Origin: a bacterium
GTDB taxonomy: Bacteria; Bacillota; Clostridia; Christensenellales; Aristaeellaceae
Reading direction: 5' to 3'
Length of the DNA: 11,978 bases
Assembly: GCA_963624325.1 (NCBI GenBank)
Contig: CAVFPH010000018.1
Coordinates: forward strand, 16,252 to 28,229
The notes beneath the pieces are model-generated. The model saw only the letters and a program-made list of their open reading frames with translations. It did not search any database and was not told where the DNA came from. The position numbers and the translations under genes are program-made. Position 1 is the stretch's first letter. Every line of letters starts with the position of its first letter. Positions 1 through 7,168 of this stretch are shown piece by piece.

Positions 1-2
1 GC

Positions 3-134
3 ATTACACCGGATGTGATTTCCGAAATGCCCGAATCGATGGAGTATTCTCAGTTCGATGTCGGAGATATGGACGATGTGCAGCTTCAAGCTGCCTGGAA
101 TGCGGCAGTCGGACTGACACAAGCGGCACAGTAA
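3..134 (+). CDS. 3' end of an unidentified protein-coding gene (last 43 codons; 5' end lies outside the window)
   Basis: Frame 3 is open from the window edge to TAA at 132-134 (ITPDVISEMPESMEYSQFDVGDMDDVQLQAAWNAAVGLTQAAQ*). Composition is normal and acidic, and a strong hairpin plus T-run follows 15 nt later. Frame 2 is also open here, but it reads through the terminator and is Arg/Cys-rich, so I judge it less likely. No family recognised. Confidence 0.4.
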   Translation: MTPDVISEMPESMEYSQFDVGDMDDVQLQAAWNAAVGLTQAAQ

Positions 135-149
135 TGTTTGCTTTTCTTT

Positions 150-177
150 GCCGCCGGAATCATCCGGCGGCATTTTC
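150..177 (+). terminator. Rho-independent terminator of the upstream partial gene
   Basis: A perfect 8-bp GC-rich stem, GCCGCCGG (150-157) with CCGGCGGC (164-171), can extend by A158:T163 around a 4-nt loop. It is followed by ATTTTC. Confidence 0.7.
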
Positions 178-267
178 AGGTATTGGGTGCATGATATGGC
201 GGTCCGAAAGGATGCGGCCTTCATGACATGATTGCCGTAAAACGTAAGCAGGGACGGACAGAAAATT

Positions 268-987
268 ATGATATGGTGGCTGATCGCGACGGCAGCTTCG
301 TCCTTTGTCAAAGGACTGTGCGGCTTTGCAAATACCCTGGTGTTTGACACAATCATGGGATTTACACAGGACGCTTTGCGGATCACACCGATTGAACTGG
401 TAACCAACATGCCGTCAAACGTCATTATGGTGTGGCGCGAGCGCAAACACATCGTCTGGCGCATCTGCCTGCCGGCAGCGGCACTGATTATCGTGGGGAC
501 GATTCCGGGAATGCTGCTGCTGAAAAATGTCGATGCACAGTGGCTCAAATTGGCATTTGGCATTATTGTGATGCTGCTTGGCGCGGAAATGCTGCTGCGG
601 GAACTGCAGCACAAAAAAGTGCAGCCGAATCCCATTGTGACTGCCGTGATCGGAATCGTTTCGGGCATCATGTGCGGCGCTTTCGGTGTCGGCGCCCTCA
701 TGGCAGCTTATATGAGCCGCGTATCGGATGACACCGCATCTTTCCGCGCCAATATCAGTGTTGCCTTTTTGGCAAATGCGCTGTTTCGCTGCGCGGCTTA
801 TGCATGCACGGGCATTATCACCGCAGACACTTTGAAAATATCGTTGCTGCTTATGCCCGTAATGGTAATCGGCACGGTGCTTGGCATGCGCTGCGCACAC
901 ATCCTGCCCGAGCAGCGCGTGAAACGCTGCGTAACTGTTGCACTGATCCTGTCCGGACTGGCATTGGTGATCAATAACCTGCCCTGA
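268..987 (+). CDS. TSUP-family (TauE/SafE, DUF81-type) integral membrane transporter
   Basis: A 239-aa, very hydrophobic ORF made of two similar halves. Each half starts with a Gly-rich helix (FVKGLCGFANTLVF and GIVSGIMCGAFGVGALMAAY), which is typical of the 4+4 TM TSUP architecture. An in-frame TAA at 238-240 prevents any 5' extension. The SD is weak (AGGGA about 13 nt upstream). Substrate cannot be inferred. Confidence 0.7.
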   Translation: MIWWLIATAASSFVKGLCGFANTLVFDTIMGFTQDALRITPIELVTNMPSNVIMVWRERKHIVWRICLPAAALIIVGTIPGMLLLKNVDAQWLKLAFGIIVMLLGAEMLLRELQHKKVQPNPIVTAVIGIVSGIMCGAFGVGALMAAYMSRVSDDTASFRANISVAFLANALFRCAAYACTGIITADTLKISLLLMPVMVIGTVLGMRCAHILPEQRVKRCVTVALILSGLALVINNLP

Positions 988-1005
988 AAAAGGCATTGAC
1001 TGTCA

Positions 1006-1035
1006 TTGCAGTTCACTGCGGGATTCAATTATAAT
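1006..1035 (+). promoter_or_regulatory. Putative sigma-A type promoter for the metallophosphoesterase gene
   Basis: TTGCAG (1006-1011), an 18-nt spacer, then a perfect TATAAT (1030-1035). The -10 box overlaps the first ATG of the ORF track (1034). Confidence 0.4.
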
Positions 1036-1066
1036 GGATCCGAAATTTCCAAAGGAGCTTGGACGC

Positions 1067-2137
1067 ATGCGCAGAAACCGCCATTTGTTTGCAGAAACCG
1101 AAAAGCGCAGTACCGGCGCGTTGGTTTATCCGCTGCTTTTGCTTTTGATCCTTGCGGTAGTCATCGCACTCAACTTTATCAACAACGGGCGCGTGGTGCT
1201 TCTGAACGAAGATGTAACCATCACCTCTCTTAGCAAGGATCTGGAAAAATACCGCATCCTGCATATCAGCGATCTGCATGGCAATGAGTACGGCGCAGCC
1301 CAATCCACCATCGGTACCCTGCTGAAATCGGCAAGCTACAATGCGGTATGCATTACGGGGGATGTGTGTGCAAAGGACGGCGATTATCAGGCTTTTTTGG
1401 ATTTGATCGATCTTTTTGCGGGAAAAGTACCCGTGTACTTTGTCACGGGGGATGAAGATCCGGCCCCGATTGCCGCAAACTCCGATTCACCGGAATGCGT
1501 CAAGGCAGATTATATTCTTGCTGCCGAAGCACACGGCGCAATCTATCTGGACACACCGCAAAAAATCACGGTGGGCAAGAGCAATATCTGGTTCTGTCCG
1601 GAATCCATATACGGGCTGGATATTGATTCCTCCCGCACGGCATATCATGCAAGACAAAATACGCTGCTTTCCAAGGAAAATTTATCCGAAAATGAGAAAG
1701 CTCAGCTTCAAGTGATCGAGTATCAACTGTCTGTGCTGGATCAAATCGATGCTGCCGTGAGCGAAATGCAGAGTACGGATGTGCAAATCGCGCTGACGCA
1801 TCATCCGCTGACGGAAACAACCATTAAAACGCTGCAGCAATGGTCTGGCAGCGAGGGCGGCACTTTCCTGCGCGGCGTATCTCTGGTGCTTGCCGGACAC
1901 TATTGCGGCGGACAGGTGCGCCTGCCTTTTCTCGGCGCGCTGAAAGCACCGGATTCCGCCGATATCGACGGCTGGTTTCCCAAGGACAGCCTGATTCGCG
2001 GCTTGAACACCATTCAGGGGGTAACGCAGTATATCAGCCCCGGTCTTGGCACATCGGATGCCTATACGATTCCCATGCGTCTGTTCAATACGCCCTCTGT
2101 TACCATCTTGACACTGACAAGCGTCCTTAAGTTCTGA
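1067..2137 (+). CDS. Membrane-anchored calcineurin-like metallophosphoesterase (YkuE/YaeI-like layout) with atypical metal-ligand motifs
   Basis: Motifs occur in canonical order: ILHISDLHGN (DxH), CITGDVCAKDGD (GDxxD), FVTGDEDP (where GNHD/E is expected), ALTHHP, and LAGHYCGGQVRLP (where GHTHGGQ is expected). The N-terminus is basic (MRRNRH...KR) and is followed by one TM helix (ALVYPLLLLLILAVVIALNFI). I prefer the start at ATG 1067, which has AAAGGAG at 1051-1057 with a 9-nt spacer. The ORF-track ATG at 1034 has no SD and sits inside the TATAAT box. Confidence 0.85.
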   Translation: MRRNRHLFAETEKRSTGALVYPLLLLLILAVVIALNFINNGRVVLLNEDVTITSLSKDLEKYRILHISDLHGNEYGAAQSTIGTLLKSASYNAVCITGDVCAKDGDYQAFLDLIDLFAGKVPVYFVTGDEDPAPIAANSDSPECVKADYILAAEAHGAIYLDTPQKITVGKSNIWFCPESIYGLDIDSSRTAYHARQNTLLSKENLSENEKAQLQVIEYQLSVLDQIDAAVSEMQSTDVQIALTHHPLTETTIKTLQQWSGSEGGTFLRGVSLVLAGHYCGGQVRLPFLGALKAPDSADIDGWFPKDSLIRGLNTIQGVTQYISPGLGTSDAYTIPMRLFNTPSVTILTLTSVLKF

Positions 2138-2204
2138 TAAATTGCAAAACCGCCTTGGCCATGCTTTCGCAGACGGCCTATTTGAGATTGTTACAAGAAT
2201 TTAC

Positions 2205-2233
2205 TTGCAATGGAAGCCATTATTTCATATAAT
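2205..2233 (+). promoter_or_regulatory. Putative sigma-A promoter for the phosphoglucomutase gene
   Basis: TTGCAA (2205-2210), a 17-nt spacer, then a perfect TATAAT (2228-2233). It lies about 30 nt upstream of the ATG, in an AT-rich intergenic region. Confidence 0.55.
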
Positions 2234-2262
2234 TGTATTGGAAATTTAAGGGGGTATGAAGT

Positions 2263-3987
2263 ATGATGGATATGAATTACCGTGATGTATATATGCAGTG
2301 GATGCGGGATTTTTCAAATGATCCCAAACTGACGGCAGAACTGTCTGCACTGACTGACGAGAAGGAAATAGAAGACCGCTTCTATACCGAATTGGCTTTC
2401 GGTACGGCAGGCATGCGCGGCGTACTTGGATACGGCACCAACCGCATGAACGTGTATGTGGTTCGCCGTGCCACTCGCGGTCTTGCGGCATACATCAGTA
2501 CTTTCCCGGACGGCGCAGCGCGCGGCGTGGCAATTGCCTATGACAGCCGTCATATGAGCGCCGAATTCGCACGCGAAACGGCATTGACATTGTGCGCAGC
2601 CGGGGTAAAAGCGTATCTGTTTGAATCGCTTCGTCCCGTTCCTATGCTCAGCTATGCCGTGCGGCATCTGGGCTGCATTGCGGGCGTCGTAATCACTGCC
2701 AGCCACAATCCGCCTCAGTACAATGGATATAAAGTGTACTGGGAAGACGGCGCGCAGCTTTCTCCCGAAGCGGCAGAGGCGGTAACAAGCTGCATCCGTC
2801 CATTGCCCTATACAAATGTGCCTGTTATGGATGAGACCGAAGCCAAGCAGAAGGGTCTGCTGCAGATGATCGGGGCGAAGGAAGTGGATGATGATTATAT
2901 CGCCATGATCCGCTCCCTTTCCGTCTGCCCGGAACTTCTGCAGGCGGAAGGCAAGAAACTGAAAATTGTATACACCCCGCTCCACGGCTCGGGCAATCTG
3001 CCTGTTCGCCGCATGCTGCAGGAGGTCGGAATCACCCATGTGGACATCGTGCCGGAACAGGAAGCACCGAACGGCGATTTCCCGACTGTTACGGCACCCA
3101 ATCCCGAAGATCCCGCAGCGTTCAAATATGCGATTCCGCTGGCCGAAAAAGTCGGGGCAACCGTGGTATTCGGTACGGATCCGGACTGCGATCGTATGGG
3201 AGTGGCTGTACGGGATGGCGAGGGCGTGTTCCATACATTAACCGGCAATCAGATCGGCTGCCTGCTGCTCTATCATGTATTGTCTCAGCGGCAGGCTCAC
3301 GGAACACTGCCGCATAACGGTGCCATCTGCAAGAGCATCGTATCCACTGAAATGGCACATGCGATTGCGGAAAGCTTTGAGGTTGCCTGCTTTGACACGC
3401 TGACGGGATTCAAATTTATCGGGGAAAAGATTCAGCAGTTTGAAGAAACGGGGGACTATACCTTCCTCTTTGGCTTTGAGGAGAGCTACGGATTCCTCAG
3501 CGGAACCCAAGTGCGCGACAAAGATGGCGTGAATGCTTCTTTGCTGCTTTGCGAGGCGGCCTGCGTGTGCATGAAGGAAGGGATTACCCTGTACGATCGG
3601 CTGCAGCAGCTTTATGCTCGCTACGGTGCCTACAGTGACCGCGTGACAAGCCGCACACTGCCCGGCAAAGACGGTGTCGGCCGGATGCGTGCCATTATGC
3701 ATGCGCTGCGCGAAAATCCGCCGCAATCTTTCGGCAATATCCGCGTGACGGCTGTTCGGGACTACTTGAAAGGAATACGCACTTCGGAAGACAAAGCAGA
3801 GAAAATCGATCTGCCTGCCTCCGATGTACTGTACTTTGAATTGGAAGGCGGCAGCTGGCTGTGCGTGCGTCCGAGCGGTACGGAACCTAAGATTAAACTT
3901 TACGTAAGTGCCCATGCACAGACGCTTGACTTGTCCGATGCGATGGCGGCCTCCCTGTGTGCCTGCGCATCCGAAAAGCTGAACTGA
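2263..3987 (+). CDS. pgcA: Phosphoglucomutase / phospho-sugar mutase (alpha-D-phosphohexomutase superfamily, PgcA type)
   Basis: All four signature loops are intact: catalytic Ser loop TASHNPPQYNGYKVY, metal loop GTDPDCDRMG, sugar loop GFEESYGF, and phosphate loop RPSGTEPKIKLY. The 574-aa length and the N-terminal extension resemble my recollection of Bacillus PgcA (~580 aa); I ran no alignment. The SD AAGGGGG (2248-2254) lies 8 nt before the ATG. Confidence 0.93.
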   Translation: MMDMNYRDVYMQWMRDFSNDPKLTAELSALTDEKEIEDRFYTELAFGTAGMRGVLGYGTNRMNVYVVRRATRGLAAYISTFPDGAARGVAIAYDSRHMSAEFARETALTLCAAGVKAYLFESLRPVPMLSYAVRHLGCIAGVVITASHNPPQYNGYKVYWEDGAQLSPEAAEAVTSCIRPLPYTNVPVMDETEAKQKGLLQMIGAKEVDDDYIAMIRSLSVCPELLQAEGKKLKIVYTPLHGSGNLPVRRMLQEVGITHVDIVPEQEAPNGDFPTVTAPNPEDPAAFKYAIPLAEKVGATVVFGTDPDCDRMGVAVRDGEGVFHTLTGNQIGCLLLYHVLSQRQAHGTLPHNGAICKSIVSTEMAHAIAESFEVACFDTLTGFKFIGEKIQQFEETGDYTFLFGFEESYGFLSGTQVRDKDGVNASLLLCEAACVCMKEGITLYDRLQQLYARYGAYSDRVTSRTLPGKDGVGRMRAIMHALRENPPQSFGNIRVTAVRDYLKGIRTSEDKAEKIDLPASDVLYFELEGGSWLCVRPSGTEPKIKLYVSAHAQTLDLSDAMAASLCACASEKLN

Positions 3988-4024
3988 TGCAGAACCATAA
4001 ACTTTCAAATATTTCATATTCTAC

Positions 4025-4053
4025 TTGACTTTGTAACAAAACTGTAATACAAT
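4025..4053 (+). promoter_or_regulatory. Near-consensus sigma-A promoter for the large wall-protein gene
   Basis: TTGACT (4025-4030), a 17-nt spacer, then TACAAT (4048-4053), all within an AT-rich stretch. The predicted transcription start is near 4060. Confidence 0.6.
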
Positions 4054-4096
4054 GCAAGCGGAAGATTCTGCGCAAGGGCGCATTATGAGGTGGGCT

Positions 4097-7000
4097 ATGA
4101 ACGAAAACATGAACTCCAATTATACCAAGCGGACTCGGCTGCTAAGTCTGCTGGCTGTGCTGGCGCTGGTACTTGGCGTTTTGCCCGCCGCACTGGCCGG
4201 CGATTACGGCTACGGATACGTTAACTACGATAACGTACGTTTCCGCAAGCAGGCCAATGATACGGTGGTGTGGGATAAGCTGAACACAGGCTGGGTGTGC
4301 AAAATTTTAGGCACAAAAACATCCGGCGGTGTGACTTACTACTATGTAACCACAAATCTGCCCGATTATCTGGACCGTGAGTACTACGGCTATATCAGCC
4401 AGCAGTATATCACCCTGATGAGCGATGAAGAAGCGGAAGCATGGGAGAAGCAGGGCGGCAATGCCGCTGTGCTTGGCATAAACACCTCTGCCTCCACGGA
4501 CAGCAGCGCGACGACTTCCAATAATGTATCGGCGCTTACAAACTACGCTCGCCCCAATAATGCCAGCACCAATTATTACCACTATGAGGGCGGCGTTTTG
4601 ACCAGCCTTGGCCTGCTTTCGGCAGGTGAAGCCTACTATGTGTCGGGCACGGCCACAATCAGCAGCAGCACCTACTATATCATATCGGTAAATGGTGCCG
4701 ATTGCTATGTGCGTGCCGGCAACATGACCATGCTGACCGATGATGCAACCGGCACCCCCGCTCCTGCCGCTACCGATGCCCCTTCCAACGGAAGCACCGC
4801 GATCGGCACAATCGTGATCACGCCTACCGGCAATACGAACCTTCGCAAGTCAGCGGCCATCTTGGACGGCAACAGCATCGCAAAGCTGCCCCAGGGTACG
4901 GAACTCCCTTATTACTATACCGTTCAGAGCGGCGGAAATACCTGGTATTACGTTTACAGCGCAGATAACAATGCCTTCGGATATATTCTGGGTACCTGCG
5001 CAACTGTAAAAACCGCCGCGCCCACCGCTACCGCCCTTCCCACCAATACAAGCGATCCTTCCAGCATTTTGGGCTATGTCAAAATGAACGTGAAGGGCAG
5101 AACAAATATCCGCAGTGAGGCCAAGGCAGGCACGGGCAACCGTGTCGGATACGCAGAAGAAGGACAAGTTCTTCCGTACTATGCCATCAAGGTCGCAAGC
5201 GGCGCTACGTGGTTCTATGTGTACAGCAGCACGGAGGATGTGTTCGGATATGTGCTTGGTACCTGCTGTGTAAAGAGCGATTCCTCCGGAACGCCCGTCA
5301 CGGCAGTACCGACTTCGCCTGTGGTCACGGCAACGCCGAACACTGCTCAGGGCTACATCAAAACAACCAGCTCCGTAAATGTCCGCAAGAGCACCAGCAC
5401 AAGCTCGGCACGCATTGCAAAGCTTGATAAGGGTGTTATTGCGCCATACAGTGCGGCTGTATCTGTTGGCGGCACTACCTGGTATAAGATTGTCTACAAT
5501 TACGAAGTCGGCTATGTGATGGGGGACTACTGCACTCCCTGTGATGCCTACGGCAATACTTCCACGCAGCCGGAAACCGTTAGCTCCGGTTATTTGATGA
5601 CCACGCGTGATAAGGTCTATCTGCGCAAGTCGGCCAGCGCCTCCGCCGGTGTTTACGGCCAGGTTCCTTCAAAGGATACCGTACTGCAGATTGTCGGAAA
5701 GACGAAGTATGCAAACGGCTACTACTGGTACAACGTTGCCTACAACGGAAATACCGGTTATATGCGCGGGGACTGCGTAAGCGTTATGTCTCCGGAGCAG
5801 GTCACGGCCTATCTGAATGGTCAGCCCCTGCCTACCGCAACGCCTACACCCACGCCTAAGCCCAAGGCCACAAACTACATCCAGACGACGTTGGACAAAG
5901 TCTGGCTGCGGCAGTCTCCGTCAAGCCAGGCCGGCACAATTGGCCAGGCTGCGTTGGGCGCCGTATTCCAGTATTCCTCCGTGGTGAAGGTCAGCGGCGT
6001 TGCATGGTACAAACTGACGGTCGGCGGAAAAGAATGCTACATCCGCGGCAACTGTGCCAAGGTCATGACTGATGCCGAGTACAATGCTTATATTAACAGC
6101 CAGCCCACGGTAAAGCCCACGGCTACGCCGACGGCTGTCCCCGATCTGTCCACCCTCAGCACCACCTTTGTTACCACCAAGGAAAAGGTAGTTGTCCGTG
6201 CGGCAGGCAATCCAACAGCCCGTCAGGTTGGTCTGATTTATACCAAGGGCACGGGCGGCAAGATCAGCGGAGCTACCAACGTTGTTGACGGCGTAACATG
6301 GTACGGCGTTACCATCAGCGGTGTCAGCGGCTGGATTCGCGGCGATCTGATCCGAATTCTTAGCAAAACCGAAGAAGCCGAATACAAAAAGTCCGGCGAT
6401 CCGGATGCCAAGCCGGAAGCAAGCTATACCACGCTGAAGATCGGCTCTACGGGCGATGCTGTTCGCAAACTGCAAAACCGTCTGGTGGAACTGGGCTATA
6501 TGACCAGCACGCAAGTGAACAGCGTCTATGATACCAACACATCCAATGCGGTCAGCCGCTATCAGGAAGATTACGATCTGGTCGTGGACGGCATTGCCAC
6601 TTCGCTGACTCAGCATTCGCTATACGGCACAAAGGAAAAGAGCGAAACCACAAACGGCTCCTCTGCCACGGTTACGCTGCATAAGCCAGAACTGATCGAC
6701 TGGTACACCGGCGGTATCCAGAACATTTTCTACAAGGGTTGTGTAGCGGTTGTCACCGACGTAAACACCGGCATTTCCTTCAAAGTAAAGCGCTGGAGCG
6801 GCGGGGCACACGCCGACGTTGAGCCCCTTACCGCTGCCGATACCGCGGCTATGTGCAAGATCTACAAAGTGAGCACTGCCCAGGAGATCAGCGATAAGAA
6901 TCTCTATCAGCGTCGTCCTATCTTGGTGACGATCGGCAATCGCTCCTTTGCTGCGTCCATGTATGGTGTTCCGCATAATTATCCTGCGGGCGATACCATT

Positions 7001-7168
7001 TCGGATAATGACTTCTACGGCCAGTTCTGCATCCACTTTGTCAACAGCAAGACGCATGGTACGGGCGTTGTGGATGTGGCCAACAGCAAGAACGGCTGGT
7101 ACGGACATCGTGAAGCGATTCTGGATGCCTACAACAATGCAGCGAAAAAGCTGAACATCACGGACTGA
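4097..7168 (+). CDS. Secreted cell-wall-binding protein: Sec signal peptide, eight SH3b-like repeats, PG_binding_1-like module and an unassigned C-terminal domain
   Basis: Signal peptide MNENMNSNYTKRTRLLSLLAVLALVLGVLPAALA|GD with an AxA cleavage motif and no lipobox Cys. The repeats have the bacterial SH3 pattern (xVNVRKSxSxSSxxIAKLxKG...WYKV...GYVxG) and are separated by Pro/Thr/Ala linkers. A PG_binding_1-like segment (LKIGSTGDAVRKLQNRLVELGY...VDGIATSLTQHSLY) lies at about 6425-6625. The start at 4097 has the SD GAGGTG (4087-4092). ATG 4085 is a possible alternative; ATG 4052 lies inside the -10 box. Confidence 0.88.
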   Translation: MNENMNSNYTKRTRLLSLLAVLALVLGVLPAALAGDYGYGYVNYDNVRFRKQANDTVVWDKLNTGWVCKILGTKTSGGVTYYYVTTNLPDYLDREYYGYISQQYITLMSDEEAEAWEKQGGNAAVLGINTSASTDSSATTSNNVSALTNYARPNNASTNYYHYEGGVLTSLGLLSAGEAYYVSGTATISSSTYYIISVNGADCYVRAGNMTMLTDDATGTPAPAATDAPSNGSTAIGTIVITPTGNTNLRKSAAILDGNSIAKLPQGTELPYYYTVQSGGNTWYYVYSADNNAFGYILGTCATVKTAAPTATALPTNTSDPSSILGYVKMNVKGRTNIRSEAKAGTGNRVGYAEEGQVLPYYAIKVASGATWFYVYSSTEDVFGYVLGTCCVKSDSSGTPVTAVPTSPVVTATPNTAQGYIKTTSSVNVRKSTSTSSARIAKLDKGVIAPYSAAVSVGGTTWYKIVYNYEVGYVMGDYCTPCDAYGNTSTQPETVSSGYLMTTRDKVYLRKSASASAGVYGQVPSKDTVLQIVGKTKYANGYYWYNVAYNGNTGYMRGDCVSVMSPEQVTAYLNGQPLPTATPTPTPKPKATNYIQTTLDKVWLRQSPSSQAGTIGQAALGAVFQYSSVVKVSGVAWYKLTVGGKECYIRGNCAKVMTDAEYNAYINSQPTVKPTATPTAVPDLSTLSTTFVTTKEKVVVRAAGNPTARQVGLIYTKGTGGKISGATNVVDGVTWYGVTISGVSGWIRGDLIRILSKTEEAEYKKSGDPDAKPEASYTTLKIGSTGDAVRKLQNRLVELGYMTSTQVNSVYDTNTSNAVSRYQEDYDLVVDGIATSLTQHSLYGTKEKSETTNGSSATVTLHKPELIDWYTGGIQNIFYKGCVAVVTDVNTGISFKVKRWSGGAHADVEPLTAADTAAMCKIYKVSTAQEISDKNLYQRRPILVTIGNRSFAASMYGVPHNYPAGDTISDNDFYGQFCIHFVNSKTHGTGVVDVANSKNGWYGHREAILDAYNNAAKKLNITD
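4211..6361 (+). repeat. Array of eight diverged SH3b-like protein repeats (protein-level repeat, not a DNA tandem repeat)
   Basis: Approximate repeat spans are 4211-4420, 4538-4735, 4805-5008, 5072-5275, 5351-5542, 5588-5785, 5873-6064 and 6164-6361. Similarity is visible only after translation. The linkers include GTPAPAATDAPS, TAAPTATALPTNTSDPS, GTPVTAVPTSPVVTATPNTA, PLPTATPTPTPKPKA and PTVKPTATPTAVPD. Confidence 0.7.

Noticed and set aside
2-226. A frame-2 ORF open from the left edge, as an alternative to the frame-3 C-terminus
   Set aside because: It reads straight through the GC hairpin terminator and has an Arg/Cys-rich composition. Frame 3 ends cleanly just before the terminator.
178-267. 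A possible riboswitch or leader upstream of the TSUP gene, with a small GAAA-tetraloop hairpin around GGTCCGAAAGGAT and repeated CATGAT/TCATGA words
   Set aside because: Only 3-4 bp stems can be drawn, the region is about 90 nt, and it matches no riboswitch consensus I know. I also could not find a convincing promoter, so I make no call.
415-996. A 193-aa minus-strand ORF and a 99-aa plus-strand ORF (432-731) overlapping the TSUP gene
   Set aside because: The 268-987 frame encodes a coherent polytopic membrane protein with internal duplication. The alternatives are His/Arg/Cys/Gln-rich with no plausible fold.
2157-2183. A candidate terminator after the phosphoesterase gene (GGCC-a-TGC TTTC GCA-gac-GGCC followed by TATTT)
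   Set aside because: The stem is only 7 bp and is interrupted by an asymmetric internal loop, and the T-run is short. It is too weak to call, so read-through into pgcA is possible.
2314-4017. Two long minus-strand ORFs (2314-3234 and 3238-4017) antisense to pgcA
   Set aside because: They are shadow ORFs opposite a complete, motif-perfect phosphohexomutase. Their translations are Arg/Cys/His-rich and low in complexity, and they have no start-site signals.
4052-4096. The N-terminal extension MQAEDSAQGRIMRWA from the longest-ORF start of the wall protein
   Set aside because: That ATG lies inside the predicted -10 hexamer and has no SD, and the extension would precede an otherwise canonical signal peptide.
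5824-5869. A Pro/Thr linker (PLPTATPTPTPKPKA) as a possible slippage-prone DNA microsatellite or phase-variation tract
   Set aside because: Codons vary at the DNA level (ACGCCT occurs only twice) and there is no perfect tandem unit. It looks like an ordinary interdomain linker.
5921-7108. Minus-strand ORFs (5921-6616 and 6620-7108) antisense to the wall-protein gene
   Set aside because: Same reasoning: the plus-strand frame carries coherent SH3b, PG-binding and C-terminal domains, while the antisense translations have no features.
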